A stretch of DNA of 56,187 nucleotides from Blastocatellia bacterium (GTDB lineage: Bacteria > Acidobacteriota > Blastocatellia > RBC074), in NCBI GenBank assembly GCA_046154695.1, contig JBJXFI010000313.1, forward strand, positions 1 to 56,187, given 5' to 3'. A program made the position numbers and the translations under genes. Position 1 is the stretch's first letter. Each line of letters begins with the position of its first letter. This document shows positions 1 to 10,013 of this stretch, piece by piece. The notes beneath the pieces are model-generated. The model saw only the letters and a program-made list of their open reading frames with translations. It was not told the DNA's origin and did not search any database.

Positions 1-795
1 CGGCTGAAGAGCCTGCCCGCCGCGGGCCGCGCCGCGGCGCGAGCGCGGGTGCTGCTTGCGCGGGCCGAACTCGGGCAAGGCAACATCCAAACGGCCTACG
101 CCGAGCTGCAGCGCGCGCTGGAGGCCGATCCGCAAAGCATCGACGCGCTTTTTTACCTGGCGACCGTCTCAGAAGCCCTGGCTCCGCAGGTCTACGAGCG
201 ACTCTATTCGCTCGCCCCCAATTCCGAACGCGTGCATCAGCTTCTGGCTGAGGCGGCGCTGGCGCAGGAGAACCAGGCCGAGGCCGAGGCCGAATTCAAG
301 GCCGCCCTTCAGGCCAATCCGCGGTCCATCGACGCCCTGCTCGGACTGGCCGACCTGAAGCGCGCGCAATCGTCCTTCGACGAAGCGCTCTCGCTCTATC
401 GACAAGCCGTGTCGATCATCGGACTCAATCACGACCTCGCCTACGGCATGGGCGTTTGCCACATGTACCGCCAGGAATACGAACCCGCCATCGAATCCTT
501 TCGCAAGGCCATCGGATACTCGCCGGATGCCGCCGAGTCCCACTTTGCGCTGGGCAATGCGCTGTTCCAGAGCGGCCGGCTCGCGGAAGCCATCGAGCCG
601 CTCAACCGCGCCGTCGCATTGAACCCGAAGATCAAGCAGTCCTGGTTTTTGTTGGGGCGCGCCTACCAGCGATCAGGGCAGGCGGAGCTCGCGAAGGCCG
701 CCTTCAAACGCGTCGATGAGCTGACGAAGGAAGAGCTGGAGAAGGAACAGTCTACCGAGAAGAGAGCGGGACAGAAGTCGCCGCGCCGGCCTTGA
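1..795 (+). CDS. Tetratricopeptide-repeat protein (5' end probably outside the window)
   Basis: Frame is open from base 1. Repeated TPR-like helices (e.g. AEAEFKAALQANPRSIDALLGLA, AESHFALGNALFQSGRLAEAIEPLNRAVALNP). Confidence 0.85.
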   Translation, partial: RLKSLPAAGRAAARARVLLARAELGQGNIQTAYAELQRALEADPQSIDALFYLATVSEALAPQVYERLYSLAPNSERVHQLLAEAALAQENQAEAEAEFKAALQANPRSIDALLGLADLKRAQSSFDEALSLYRQAVSIIGLNHDLAYGMGVCHMYRQEYEPAIESFRKAIGYSPDAAESHFALGNALFQSGRLAEAIEPLNRAVALNPKIKQSWFLLGRAYQRSGQAELAKAAFKRVDELTKEELEKEQSTEKRAGQKSPRRP

Positions 796-816
796 GCAGC
801 AGGCATTTCGCGCCTT

Positions 817-987
817 TTGCATATGCATGCGCCCTGCTGCGTGATTCAGAAGAGGATAACGGAACAGACGGAAATAACGGAATCGACGAAACCAACCAAT
901 CCAGGGCTCCGTTAATTCCGTCTATTCCGTTATCCCTCCTCTTCTCGATGGCGAGTCGGGTCGCACGCAAGTGAAAATCGCAATAAG
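817..987. repeat. Intergenic repeat element, long copy, with an internal 9-nt-periodic hairpin (about 848-945)
   Basis: Reverse complement closely matches 30888-30967 on both flanks. Internal inverted arms AGAAGAGGATAACGGAACAGACGGAAATAACGGA / TCCGTTAATTCCGTCTATTCCGTTATCCCTCCTCTTCT. Confidence 0.8.
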
Positions 988-1014
988 CACCCGCGCCGAT
1001 GCGGCGCCATCGAA

Positions 1015-2412
1015 TTACGGTTCCCGATAATTCGGATTCGGGGTCGTCATCTGGGCGCCGACCGAGATGCGCCACAGCATCAGCTTCTTCACCATCGCGC
1101 GAACTTTTGCGGGCATCTCCTTCGACCGGTCGCGCGACTCGCCGATGTCGTCTCTCAGGTTGTACAGCTCCACGTGATTGTCCTCGGCAAACTCGATCAG
1201 CTTCCAGTCCCCCTGCCGGATGACGCCGCCCGGCCGCCCGCCCTGATTGCTGTAATGCGGATAGTGAAAATAGAGCGCATCGCGCGCCGGCGCGCGCCCG
1301 GTTTTGAGCATTCCCGCGAGACTCACGCCATCGAGGCCGCGCGGCGCGCGCAGCCCCGCGAGCTCCAGAATGGTGGGATGCAAATCCGTGCTGACGACGG
1401 GAGTGCGGTTGACGCTGCCCGCCTTGCCGGCGCCGGAAATGATCAGCGGGACGCGAATGCCGCCTTCGTACAAATAGCCTTTGCCGTCACGCAGCGGAGC
1501 ATTGCTCGTCGAGGGCGTGTTCGGCCCTTCCTTCACCGACAACCCGCCGTTGTCCGAGGTGAAAACGATGATCGTCCGGTCATCCAGCTTCAGTTGTTCC
1601 AGCTTGCGTGCGATTCGTCCCACGCTGTCGTCCATGCTTTCGATCATCGCCGCGTAAATCGCGTTGTGATGCTGCTGCCCGGGCTGTGAAAGCGCCTGAT
1701 ATTTCGCTATCAGATCCGCCCTGGCCTTGAGCGGAATGTGAACCGTGTAATGCGCCAGATAGAGAAAGAAGGGCTTGTCCCTGCTTCGCTCGATGAATTT
1801 TTCCGCTTCCTCCGTCAACCGGTCGGTCAGGTATTCTCCTTCCCTTCCGCTTTCGAGGCCCGGCATTTTGCCGCTGCTGTTTTCATACGGATAGAAGTAA
1901 CTGCGCGGCGTCCCGGTGTGATCGCCGGAGATGTTCAGATCGAAGCCCTGCCGCTCCGGCTCGAAGCCGGCGCCGCCCAGGTGCCATTTGCCGACGTGGG
2001 CGGTGGCGTAGCCCTTCTGTTTCAGGGCCTCGGCAAGCGTGGTTTCGGTCAGCGCCAGTTGCTGTTCGATGATCGGGCGGGACATCTTCTGATCCGGTCG
2101 GTCGACCCGCCCCGGCAGCCAGTCCGTCAGGCGCAACCGCGCGGGCGATTTTCCCGTCATCAAACTCGCCCGCGTGGGCGAGCAGACCGGCGCCGCGGCA
2201 TAGGCGTCGGTGAAACGGACGCCTCGCGCCGCCAGCCGGTCGATATTCGGCGTTCGATGAAACGTGCTGCCATAACAGCCCGTGTCGGCCCACCCGTAAT
2301 CATCGATCAGAATCAGCACGATGTTCGGCGGGCGCGGCGCCTGCGCCCGCGATGCAAGCTGCGCCAGCGCGACCAGGGCAAGGCATAGCGATATCCGGAT
2401 GAGTGCTCTCAT
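1015..2412 (-). CDS. Secreted Cys-type (formylglycine-dependent) sulfatase
   Basis: Signal peptide; PNIVLILIDD; CSPTRASLMTG (CxPxR) signature; GKWHLG; SDNGG; YEGGIRVP. Confidence 0.95.
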   Translation of the reverse strand: MRALIRISLCLALVALAQLASRAQAPRPPNIVLILIDDYGWADTGCYGSTFHRTPNIDRLAARGVRFTDAYAAAPVCSPTRASLMTGKSPARLRLTDWLPGRVDRPDQKMSRPIIEQQLALTETTLAEALKQKGYATAHVGKWHLGGAGFEPERQGFDLNISGDHTGTPRSYFYPYENSSGKMPGLESGREGEYLTDRLTEEAEKFIERSRDKPFFLYLAHYTVHIPLKARADLIAKYQALSQPGQQHHNAIYAAMIESMDDSVGRIARKLEQLKLDDRTIIVFTSDNGGLSVKEGPNTPSTSNAPLRDGKGYLYEGGIRVPLIISGAGKAGSVNRTPVVSTDLHPTILELAGLRAPRGLDGVSLAGMLKTGRAPARDALYFHYPHYSNQGGRPGGVIRQGDWKLIEFAEDNHVELYNLRDDIGESRDRSKEMPAKVRAMVKKLMLWRISVGAQMTTPNPNYREP

Positions 2413-2481
2413 CTTTCTTTTCTCTCCTTTTCAGGCGATTGCATTGAATCAGCGAAAAGTATGCGCGCCGCGGCGCCCGCC

Positions 2482-3432
2482 TCACTGATTGCGCGCGTGG
2501 CCCTCGACGAGCTCGATCCGAACTTTGTCCGGCCCTTCGATAAAGGCGAATTTGACGGGGCCGATCGAGCGGATCTCATCCGTCACCTTCACTCCATCGG
2601 CGCGCAGCTTCGCGAGAGCCTCGGCCAGATTCTCCACGCTGAAGCCGATATGATCGGTCGTGTGGCCTTTGGTCGAATCGAACTCCGCGCGGCCTTTCCA
2701 TTGCTCGGCATAGACCTTCTTCGGATACTCGATCGGAAAGATGATGATATTGACGTTGTCGGACATCAGCGAAACGCTGGGGCCGATCTGAATGCCGCGA
2801 TAAAACCGGGGTTCGCGCGAGGGCGGGCGCGTACTGCGGGATTTGGCATTCATATATTTCTTGTACCATTCGCCGGCCGCGACCGGATCCGCGCTGAACA
2901 GATGCAGGTGGCCGAAATTGTGATGATTGGCCGTATTGAGCTCGATCAGTTGTTTATCGGGGCTTTGGACATACGCGTAATAGAACAGTCCCGTCGCACC
3001 GGTATTGCCGCCGATGTCGCTGATATCGGTGATGGGCGTCTCGAACTTCGTCCCCGAGGCCAGTTGTTTCTCATAGGCCGCCTTCATATCTTCCGCGCCC
3101 CAGCCAAAGTGCCAGATCGCCGAGGTTAAATCGCTGACGGGCGGCTGGCTCACTTTCGTGAAGAGCATCCATGATTTCTGCGTCCAGACCGCGTCCACGA
3201 GACCGGCGAACCTCGCCTTCTCGGCGGCGAACTTGCTCGTGTAAAAATCGATCGCGCCCTTCGGGTCGGTCGTATTGAGGTGCAGGTGATGCCAGTGCGC
3301 ATCCAGGAAAGGGGCGGGCGGCTGCGGTTTGGCGTCCTGTGCGCTCTGCGCATAGGCGAGCGCCGTCGCGACGAGCGCAATCAACCCCAGACTGACAAAC
3401 AGCGGCTGCCTTCGGCGTGCGGGAAATGACAT
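2482..3432 (-). CDS. Secreted VOC/glyoxalase-family protein
   Basis: Signal peptide; repeated VOC motifs HHLHL, HFGW, GHLHL, DHIGF, and C-terminal FIEGPDKVRIELVE. Confidence 0.8.
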   Translation of the reverse strand: MSFPARRRQPLFVSLGLIALVATALAYAQSAQDAKPQPPAPFLDAHWHHLHLNTTDPKGAIDFYTSKFAAEKARFAGLVDAVWTQKSWMLFTKVSQPPVSDLTSAIWHFGWGAEDMKAAYEKQLASGTKFETPITDISDIGGNTGATGLFYYAYVQSPDKQLIELNTANHHNFGHLHLFSADPVAAGEWYKKYMNAKSRSTRPPSREPRFYRGIQIGPSVSLMSDNVNIIIFPIEYPKKVYAEQWKGRAEFDSTKGHTTDHIGFSVENLAEALAKLRADGVKVTDEIRSIGPVKFAFIEGPDKVRIELVEGHARNQ

Positions 3433-3517
3433 AAGTTTCTCTCCTTTATCGCGAGGTTGTGTGGGCGGAAGATTTCCTGCCGGAGGACATCCCTCCCGGC
3501 AACGGGAATCCGGCGCG

Positions 3518-3979
3518 TTACCGCGCGGGGGCAGGCGCCGCGGGCAGCATATTGCGGATGGCCGAAATGCGCCATTCCTTCCCGGTTCGCTTCAGCACAA
3601 GTGTGGTCCACATGTTTCGGGTTGCACCGCCGGCGAGGCCGGTCAGCTCATAGCGTCCGTCGGCAATGGCGACGTCCGATGCGAGGAACCGCACGGATTC
3701 CAGGGTGATCGAGCGTTTGCCGCCGCTGTTGCTCGAACTCGCCATCGTGCCGCGCACGACTGCTTCGCGCCCCTTGCGCCATTCCCCCGACGAGACGAGT
3801 TGGTCGGCATCGCTCGTGAACAACTGCTCGACGGCCTTCGGATCGATGCGCTCGCGGGCATCGACATATTGCCTCACAACCTCGCGAATCGCGGCTTCGT
3901 CATTCCCGGCGCCGCTCTTTTGGACATACCACGGCAGCAGGGCGACGGCCATCAGCAGAATTGCCATTTGCAGGTGCAT
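3518..3979 (-). CDS. SnoaL-like/NTF2-fold (SgcJ/EcaC, DUF4440-type) protein
   Basis: DEAAIREVV...LFTSDAD...GREAV...[13 protein letters not shown]...WRISA pattern; N-terminal hydrophobic signal. Confidence 0.8.
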   Translation of the reverse strand: MHLQMAILLMAVALLPWYVQKSGAGNDEAAIREVVRQYVDARERIDPKAVEQLFTSDADQLVSSGEWRKGREAVVRGTMASSSNSGGKRSITLESVRFLASDVAIADGRYELTGLAGGATRNMWTTLVLKRTGKEWRISAIRNMLPAAPAPAR

Positions 3980-4295
3980 CTTACCTCCAATCGATTTCGA
4001 TCAATGGACAAGCGGGTCAGGGAGCTGAGTATAGAAGCCTGGCGCGCCCGATGCCAGCCTGGAGGCGTGCTCGTGACGCCATTTTTTCCGGCGCAACAGC
4101 GCATGTGAAAAAATAATCGCGGAGCAGGAAGACGTCCGCGCTCGCAAGCAGGTTGCAAAAGCAGTAATTTGGCAGGAGGATTGGGCCTCGGATCTTCGCT
4201 CCCGTCTTCGCCGTCGCCATCGACGCTTCGAATGATCAAGGCCGAGTTCCCGCAACGCGCGGGCTCGCCGCCCTTTTAAACAAAGGATCGGATTT

Positions 4296-6281
4296 ATGCC
4301 AATTCCAATTTCACCCTCCCTGGTGCTCTCGGCTGTTTCGTCGCTGCTCAGGTTTCGGGATCAGGTCGATTCCATCCTCTCGATCAAGGAAGCCGCCGTT
4401 GGGCTGCCGTTTTTGCTGCCGCCCGCCCCAACCGATGAAGCCCCGCATCTCGATGACATGATCGAATTTTTCCGGGCGGAGCAAGGAACCCTGATCCTTC
4501 ATCTCAATAACCTGGCGGACGAATTCGAGATTTTATTGAAAAATCCGAGGTCGTTATCCGGCGAAATTCCCGCAGCGCGAAAAAAACTCTTCCTCCTCTA
4601 TTTTGAGGCCGCGAATATTCGGCCGAAAACAATCGGGCCATCCGAGACGCTGGCTCACCCGATTGAAACAAAAGGGCCGAGCACGGGGATGCGGCTCGCT
4701 TTTTATGTGGTCGAGTCGCAGCGATTATCCCGCAACCCCGCACTGGTCAATTTGCTGCTGGTAACGACCGATTCGCTGCTTGAGTTTGCCGGGCAGAATG
4801 CAAACCTCTTCATCGCCAATCCGCAGACGCGCAGCCTGGTCGAAAGCCTGATCGATGAATTCGCGGTGAAACGGGATTTCGAAGACGAGGGAATCCAGAC
4901 CGTCTTCAAACATCTGCTTGGATCGACCCTGCTCGCGCTGGCCGACCATCCGGGAAAAACGGCCAATAAACCCGTCCTGCAGGCGCTCTTCGCCGCATTG
5001 GGAACAGTACGGGAAAATCTGGGAAATGACTTTGTGGCGAGAGTGGTCTCTCTTGAAGGCTTTGAGCAGTTGATTGGCGCGTTCGCCACCGAGGTTGCCG
5101 CGGACCCCTCGTTCCTGACCAAAAATGACCTGGCGAAAGGGGTCTTGACGGCCACTCTCTCCAGGATCGGCACGGATTTCAGGCATCTGTTGGAAGAGCC
5201 CAAGGCCCTGCTCGGGGTCTTGGAGGTCGGCATCAGCGCCGCAACGGCGAATGTGGCGGGCATCCTTGAGAAAAAACTGGATGGCGGAGAGCCCCTGCTC
5301 ACGGCTGCGCTGACCGGCATGCTGAGGGAAGTGGCTTTGCTCAGCGGCAAGGATCAATTTTTTGCCAGCTTTGCCAAAGACCAGTTCATCAAGGACCTCT
5401 ATCGCGCTTCATTGACCGCGATAGCCGCCAATCCACGCGCGTTCGGCAAACAGGAGGATGTCCGGAAATTCACGTCGAGCCTGATTGCCGGGCTCGCGGG
5501 CGCCTTATCGCAGAAAGAGCTGAAGTCTCTCTTTTCCGCCGACACGCTAAAATTGCTTGCCAGCGAAAGTCTATCGGTTCTATCGGCCGATCCCCATTTT
5601 CTGGCGGGGAATAATCAGTTCGCGGTCAACCTCCTAGGCGGCGCTTTCAAGGCCGCCGCCACGGCCGTTTCCGATGGATTGACGAAAAAAGACCTGGTCG
5701 ATATCGCAACCGTCGCGCTTCAGGCATCGACAGATAATCTGGCGCTGCTCAAATTGGATGCCCGGTTGACGGGCGTGCTTGAATCGGTGGGCGGCGCGAT
5801 CGCCTCCAGTAATTTGAATCAATTGCTGAATACGCAGGGCCGCAAATCCCTGCTCCTGAGTTCGATACGAGCGGTCGCGGCAAATCCCGCGGCGTGGGGA
5901 AAGCTGCATGAAAACGAATTGGCGCAGCCGTTGATCCAGGGAATCCTGAGCGGCCTGTCGGCGGATCGCAGCGGTCTGTTGTCCGGCACCTTGTTCATCA
6001 ATACCGCGAGCCGGCTGATGAGTGTGCTCGTGCGACAGAAACAGATGTTTATCGATAAGGATGTCGAATTAAAAGCGCTTCAAAACTTCCTGACGATGGC
6101 CGTTCATAATGTCGAAGACGAGATCGGCGGAACCATCGATGCGGAAAATCTCCCGCGATTTCTTGAGAGGGCGGTTGTCGCCTTTCTCAAGACTCCGACG
6201 CGTCGAACGGAAGATCCCGCCATCCTGGTCAAGAGGCTGCTTCCCCCGCTCATCGAGGATTTCGGTAATGTCAGCGCATAA
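4296..6281 (+). CDS. Large Leu/Ala-rich alpha-helical hypothetical protein (661 aa)
   Basis: Long ORF with AAGGA RBS-like sequence upstream; protein-like composition; no recognised motif. Confidence 0.75.
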   Translation: MPIPISPSLVLSAVSSLLRFRDQVDSILSIKEAAVGLPFLLPPAPTDEAPHLDDMIEFFRAEQGTLILHLNNLADEFEILLKNPRSLSGEIPAARKKLFLLYFEAANIRPKTIGPSETLAHPIETKGPSTGMRLAFYVVESQRLSRNPALVNLLLVTTDSLLEFAGQNANLFIANPQTRSLVESLIDEFAVKRDFEDEGIQTVFKHLLGSTLLALADHPGKTANKPVLQALFAALGTVRENLGNDFVARVVSLEGFEQLIGAFATEVAADPSFLTKNDLAKGVLTATLSRIGTDFRHLLEEPKALLGVLEVGISAATANVAGILEKKLDGGEPLLTAALTGMLREVALLSGKDQFFASFAKDQFIKDLYRASLTAIAANPRAFGKQEDVRKFTSSLIAGLAGALSQKELKSLFSADTLKLLASESLSVLSADPHFLAGNNQFAVNLLGGAFKAAATAVSDGLTKKDLVDIATVALQASTDNLALLKLDARLTGVLESVGGAIASSNLNQLLNTQGRKSLLLSSIRAVAANPAAWGKLHENELAQPLIQGILSGLSADRSGLLSGTLFINTASRLMSVLVRQKQMFIDKDVELKALQNFLTMAVHNVEDEIGGTIDAENLPRFLERAVVAFLKTPTRRTEDPAILVKRLLPPLIEDFGNVSA

Positions 6282-6294
6282 AAAGGAGAACAGA

Positions 6295-7167
6295 ATGCGG
6301 CACCGTTTGTGGAAGAATGCCAATAACAGAATCGGGAGCCTGCTGATTGTCGCGGGATTCCTGTTTATCCTGCCCTTCGCCGGATGCGGGCGTCTGGCTC
6401 CCAAAACCACGGCGCTCCGGAATATCCATGAGAGCTATCGCATCGAATTCCAGAAATTCCTGCAGCTTTCGGTGCCGGCTCCGGCGGAGACCCCCGGGTT
6501 GGCGAATAACGTGGCCGATCAACCGGCGTTTGCGGAAACACTTCGCATGATCCGCGATTATCGCCTCCAACACGGCGAGGATTCGAAAGAGGTCGCTCAT
6601 CTCAAAGTGCTGGAAGGCATGATTTATCTTCAATCCGGACAGACGGGCATGGCCCAAATCCTGGCGCGAGACATTCGAGACGCGCAGAGCAGTTTGAGTT
6701 CCGGAACCGGGACTTCGAGCCGCGATCAGCTTCTGGCCGCGAATTTCGGATTCCTCGTCAATGGATGGGATACGATTAAGGAGGGCCGGGAGGACCTCGA
6801 AGCCGCTAGAAAGTTGGAAGCAGCGGCGGACAGCATCAAGAAAGAGCTGGATAAGCTGGATCCCTCCAAACTTGCCCGGCCGGAAGTGGATGAGGGAGCG
6901 GTCTACATCGCCACGACATCCGCGATCTTTTACACCTGGGTAGGTAAAATTCTCAGCATCCAAAACCCGGACAAGTCGTGTTGGTGCGGGAAAGGGAGTG
7001 AGCTGATTGGCCGCTTTCTGACCAAATCCGAAAAGGAGATGGCCGAAAAAGCGGATTTAAAAAATGTCCCCTCCGGGCGGATACGCTATATCAGCTGGTA
7101 CGGGTTTCTTTCGAAGTGCGCCGGAACACAGGCCGAGGGTAAGACCTGTCGAGTCCCGGAAAACTGA
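6295..7167 (+). CDS. Hypothetical lipoprotein
   Basis: AAGGAG RBS at 6283-6288 before ATG 6295 (in frame with listed ORF 6109..7167); basic N-terminus, hydrophobic stretch and FAGC lipobox. Confidence 0.75.
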   Translation: MRHRLWKNANNRIGSLLIVAGFLFILPFAGCGRLAPKTTALRNIHESYRIEFQKFLQLSVPAPAETPGLANNVADQPAFAETLRMIRDYRLQHGEDSKEVAHLKVLEGMIYLQSGQTGMAQILARDIRDAQSSLSSGTGTSSRDQLLAANFGFLVNGWDTIKEGREDLEAARKLEAAADSIKKELDKLDPSKLARPEVDEGAVYIATTSAIFYTWVGKILSIQNPDKSCWCGKGSELIGRFLTKSEKEMAEKADLKNVPSGRIRYISWYGFLSKCAGTQAEGKTCRVPEN

Positions 7168-7244
7168 CATGGGAACGCGGAGGGCGATCCTGGAATCAAC
7201 AGGCGAATGACAGGGCGGCATTCGAAATCTCGGGAGCGAAAACA

Positions 7245-8912
7245 ATGAGAAAATCGGCCAGGAAGAATGGGGTGGGAATCAAAGCATACGCCGGCGCCAC
7301 GGGAGTCATCGTCGCCTTCAATATCGATGACGCCAAACGGAGAGGCCTGCTCGGGTTCGCGGTCGAACGAAAGATCGGCAAGACCGGAGAGAAGGAGTGG
7401 CTGATGGGCGCGCTCCCGTTTCCGGGGCAGGAACTCGGCCCGGACGGGCGGCTCCCCTCGAACGAGGCGCCGATACAAAAATTCCGGTGGTCGGACTATT
7501 CCGTTTTTCCGGACACCGAGTATGAGTTCACCGCCCACCCGGTCTATGCCCGCGCCGGCAAGACGCCGGGCTCGCCAAACAGCCTGCGTGTCGCGGCGGG
7601 CCCGACCGTCAAGGTGAGGACGCACGGACTGAAGGACAAACATGCCGTGACCTTCAACCGGGCCGCGGCGGCCAGCCAGGCCTTCTCCCGCAAATTTTCC
7701 GCTCTCGACAAAACGCTCTCGGAAAAGAAGAAAGCCGAGCTGAAGACCTTCAAACTGCCGGCGGAGGCGTTGACCTGGCTGACGCGGGACGTCCTGCCCC
7801 AGATCCTCAACGTGATCGAAGAGGCCAGGGACGGCAGTTGGGCGCTCGACGTCGCCATCTATGAATATGAATTGCCGGAGATCGTGAAGGCCATTAATGA
7901 CGCGCATAATCGCGGCGTGAAGGTGCGGGTCGTCTATCACGCCAAAACCAATGATGAGCAGACCGCGATCAATGAAGAGAACCTGCGGCGAATCCCCCAG
8001 GCGCAAAAAAGAGCGCGGGTGACGAGCAAAATCTGCCATCACAAGTTCATCGTGCAGAGCCGGATCGAAGCTGGCGAGACCCGGCCGCGGCTCGTCCTGT
8101 GCGGCTCGACCAATTTCACCGAGAACGGCGTCTACCGGCAGGCGAATGTCGTTCACATCGCGCGCGATCCCGATCTCGCCGGACACTATCGAACCCTCTT
8201 CGAGCGGCTGTTCGAGGGGCTCGGCCCGTCGCAGACGAAAAAATTCATCAATGAGAACAACCCGATCGAAGCCGGCCGGCCGATCTTCGCCGGATTCTCT
8301 CCCCGATCGGGGCTGGTCGATCTTCACGCCTTCGCTTCGATCATCAACGCCGCGAGGAATGACGTCCTCTTCTGCACGGCGTTCAGCCTCTTCGATGAAG
8401 TCCTGCAGTCGCTGGCGGGAAAGGCGAACGACAAGATCCTTAGATTCGGATTGCAGAACACGCGCAGCGAGATCACCGGAACGCACGCGGACCGGACCGC
8501 CGAATTTGTCGCCGCCGCCATGCTCAACAAGGGGCTCGAAGGCTGGTTGAAGGAGAGCACGGCCGGCCAGCGGGGGAATATCCTGATTCACACCAAGCTG
8601 GTGGTCGTGGATTTCACGTCCGATGCGCCGACCGTCATCAGCGGCTCCCACAACCTCTCAAAACCGGCATCCGAAGGGAACGACGAAAACTACCTGATCA
8701 TTCAAGGCGACACCGACATCGCGGATGCCTACGGGTGCGAGCTGATGCGATTGTACGACCACTACCGCTTCCGGTTCCGCGTCAATGAGGACAGCAAAAA
8801 TCAATCCATAGTGAAGATTCCCATGCTGACGGTCTCGGATCAATGGACGGACCGGTACTTCAAAAAAGGATCCTTGAAGATGCTCGACAGGATGCTTTTT
8901 TGCCCCGTTTAG
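7245..8912 (+). CDS. Phospholipase D superfamily protein (two HxK motifs)
   Basis: HHKFIVQS...GSTN and HTKLVVVD...GSHN motifs, VAIYE and NDEN segments typical of PLD-like domains. Confidence 0.85.
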   Translation: MRKSARKNGVGIKAYAGATGVIVAFNIDDAKRRGLLGFAVERKIGKTGEKEWLMGALPFPGQELGPDGRLPSNEAPIQKFRWSDYSVFPDTEYEFTAHPVYARAGKTPGSPNSLRVAAGPTVKVRTHGLKDKHAVTFNRAAAASQAFSRKFSALDKTLSEKKKAELKTFKLPAEALTWLTRDVLPQILNVIEEARDGSWALDVAIYEYELPEIVKAINDAHNRGVKVRVVYHAKTNDEQTAINEENLRRIPQAQKRARVTSKICHHKFIVQSRIEAGETRPRLVLCGSTNFTENGVYRQANVVHIARDPDLAGHYRTLFERLFEGLGPSQTKKFINENNPIEAGRPIFAGFSPRSGLVDLHAFASIINAARNDVLFCTAFSLFDEVLQSLAGKANDKILRFGLQNTRSEITGTHADRTAEFVAAAMLNKGLEGWLKESTAGQRGNILIHTKLVVVDFTSDAPTVISGSHNLSKPASEGNDENYLIIQGDTDIADAYGCELMRLYDHYRFRFRVNEDSKNQSIVKIPMLTVSDQWTDRYFKKGSLKMLDRMLFCPV

Positions 8913-8930
8913 AAGGGGCCTCCCTGCATC

Positions 8931-9806
8931 TCAATCGCCGTTCGGGCGGGGCTGATTGGCCCAATGGCCCGAAGGATCGGAGCCGCTGACCCAAACGCCT
9001 TTCAGATTCCAGTCCATGTCCGCGCGCACATCCGCCGTCGTGTAGCGCAATGTCAGCCCGCAGCGCCGCCGCGTGGAGTTATTCATTTCAGACCCGTGCA
9101 GCAGCAGGTCGGTGTGAATGGAGGCCTCGCCGGCCCGAAGCACGTTATCGACAGGGGCGCCGAAATTCTCCGCTTCCGGGACGACCTGGTTGAGCAGACT
9201 CGAATCGCTCTCCTCGGTCAATCGCCAGGTCAGGTGCCCGTAATGATGCGAGCCGGGAATGAAGCGCATACAGGCGTTCTCGACATCGGCATCGTCGATC
9301 GCCAGCCAGACGGTCAGCGCCTTCGACGGCGTCAACGGCCAATAGCCCGCGTCCTGATGCCAGCCTACCGTTCGCCCATCCCCCGGCAGTTTGCAGAAAT
9401 AGTGCGACCCCCAGCCGACGACATTCTCTCCGAGCAGATCTCTGACATACGCCACGACGCGCGGATTCGTGATCAAATCGTAGACCTTGCCGTACAACAG
9501 GTGCGCCGTCTTGATCGAGTAGTTGTCCTGCCCCGAAGCCAGCACCCGCTCCAACAGGCCGTCAAAGTATCGCCGATGGTCGGCGATCTCCTCCTCCGTG
9601 AAGAGGCGAAGGCCGCTGATATAGCCATCGCGATTGAAAGCCTCGATCTGCTCGCGCGTCAATATCCGCGGCTCCGCGACGCCGGCGGGATGAAAGCGAA
9701 GCTCTCGCCCCATCTCGGCAAGACGGTCCGCTTCGGGAAACAGTTTATTGAACTCCGGATTCAAATGCCGGTTGACCTCTTGATCTCCAGTCTCTGTCAG
9801 TGCCAT
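8931..9806 (-). CDS. Phytanoyl-CoA dioxygenase (PhyH) family Fe(II)/2OG enzyme
   Basis: FNRDGY, WHQD (HxD), TVWLAIDD, LLHGS...RRCG. Start taken at ATG 9806. Confidence 0.9.
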   Translation of the reverse strand: MALTETGDQEVNRHLNPEFNKLFPEADRLAEMGRELRFHPAGVAEPRILTREQIEAFNRDGYISGLRLFTEEEIADHRRYFDGLLERVLASGQDNYSIKTAHLLYGKVYDLITNPRVVAYVRDLLGENVVGWGSHYFCKLPGDGRTVGWHQDAGYWPLTPSKALTVWLAIDDADVENACMRFIPGSHHYGHLTWRLTEESDSSLLNQVVPEAENFGAPVDNVLRAGEASIHTDLLLHGSEMNNSTRRRCGLTLRYTTADVRADMDWNLKGVWVSGSDPSGHWANQPRPNGD

Positions 9807-9833
9807 CGCCCGTTCATTGCCTCCTTCGAAAAA

Positions 9834-9979
9834 GTGGCACAATCTGTCCAGCTTGTGCCGCGTCCACCAGACGCTCTCAGAAAATGACCGGGCCTCGAAC
9901 GAGACCACTTCCGGCGCGCGGGTGCCGTATTCTTCACGCGCACCCTCACACCGGGCACAAGCTGGACAGCTTGTGCCAC
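9834..9979. repeat. Inverted pair of REP-like palindromes (REPIN-like doublet)
   Basis: GTGGCACAATCTGTCCAGCTTGTGCCGC at 9834-9861 and an inverted copy at 9953-9979; third copy at 31029-31056. Confidence 0.75.
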
Positions 9980-10013
9980 TGTTTCCGCGCGGCGCGCGAC
10001 GTTAACGGCTTCT

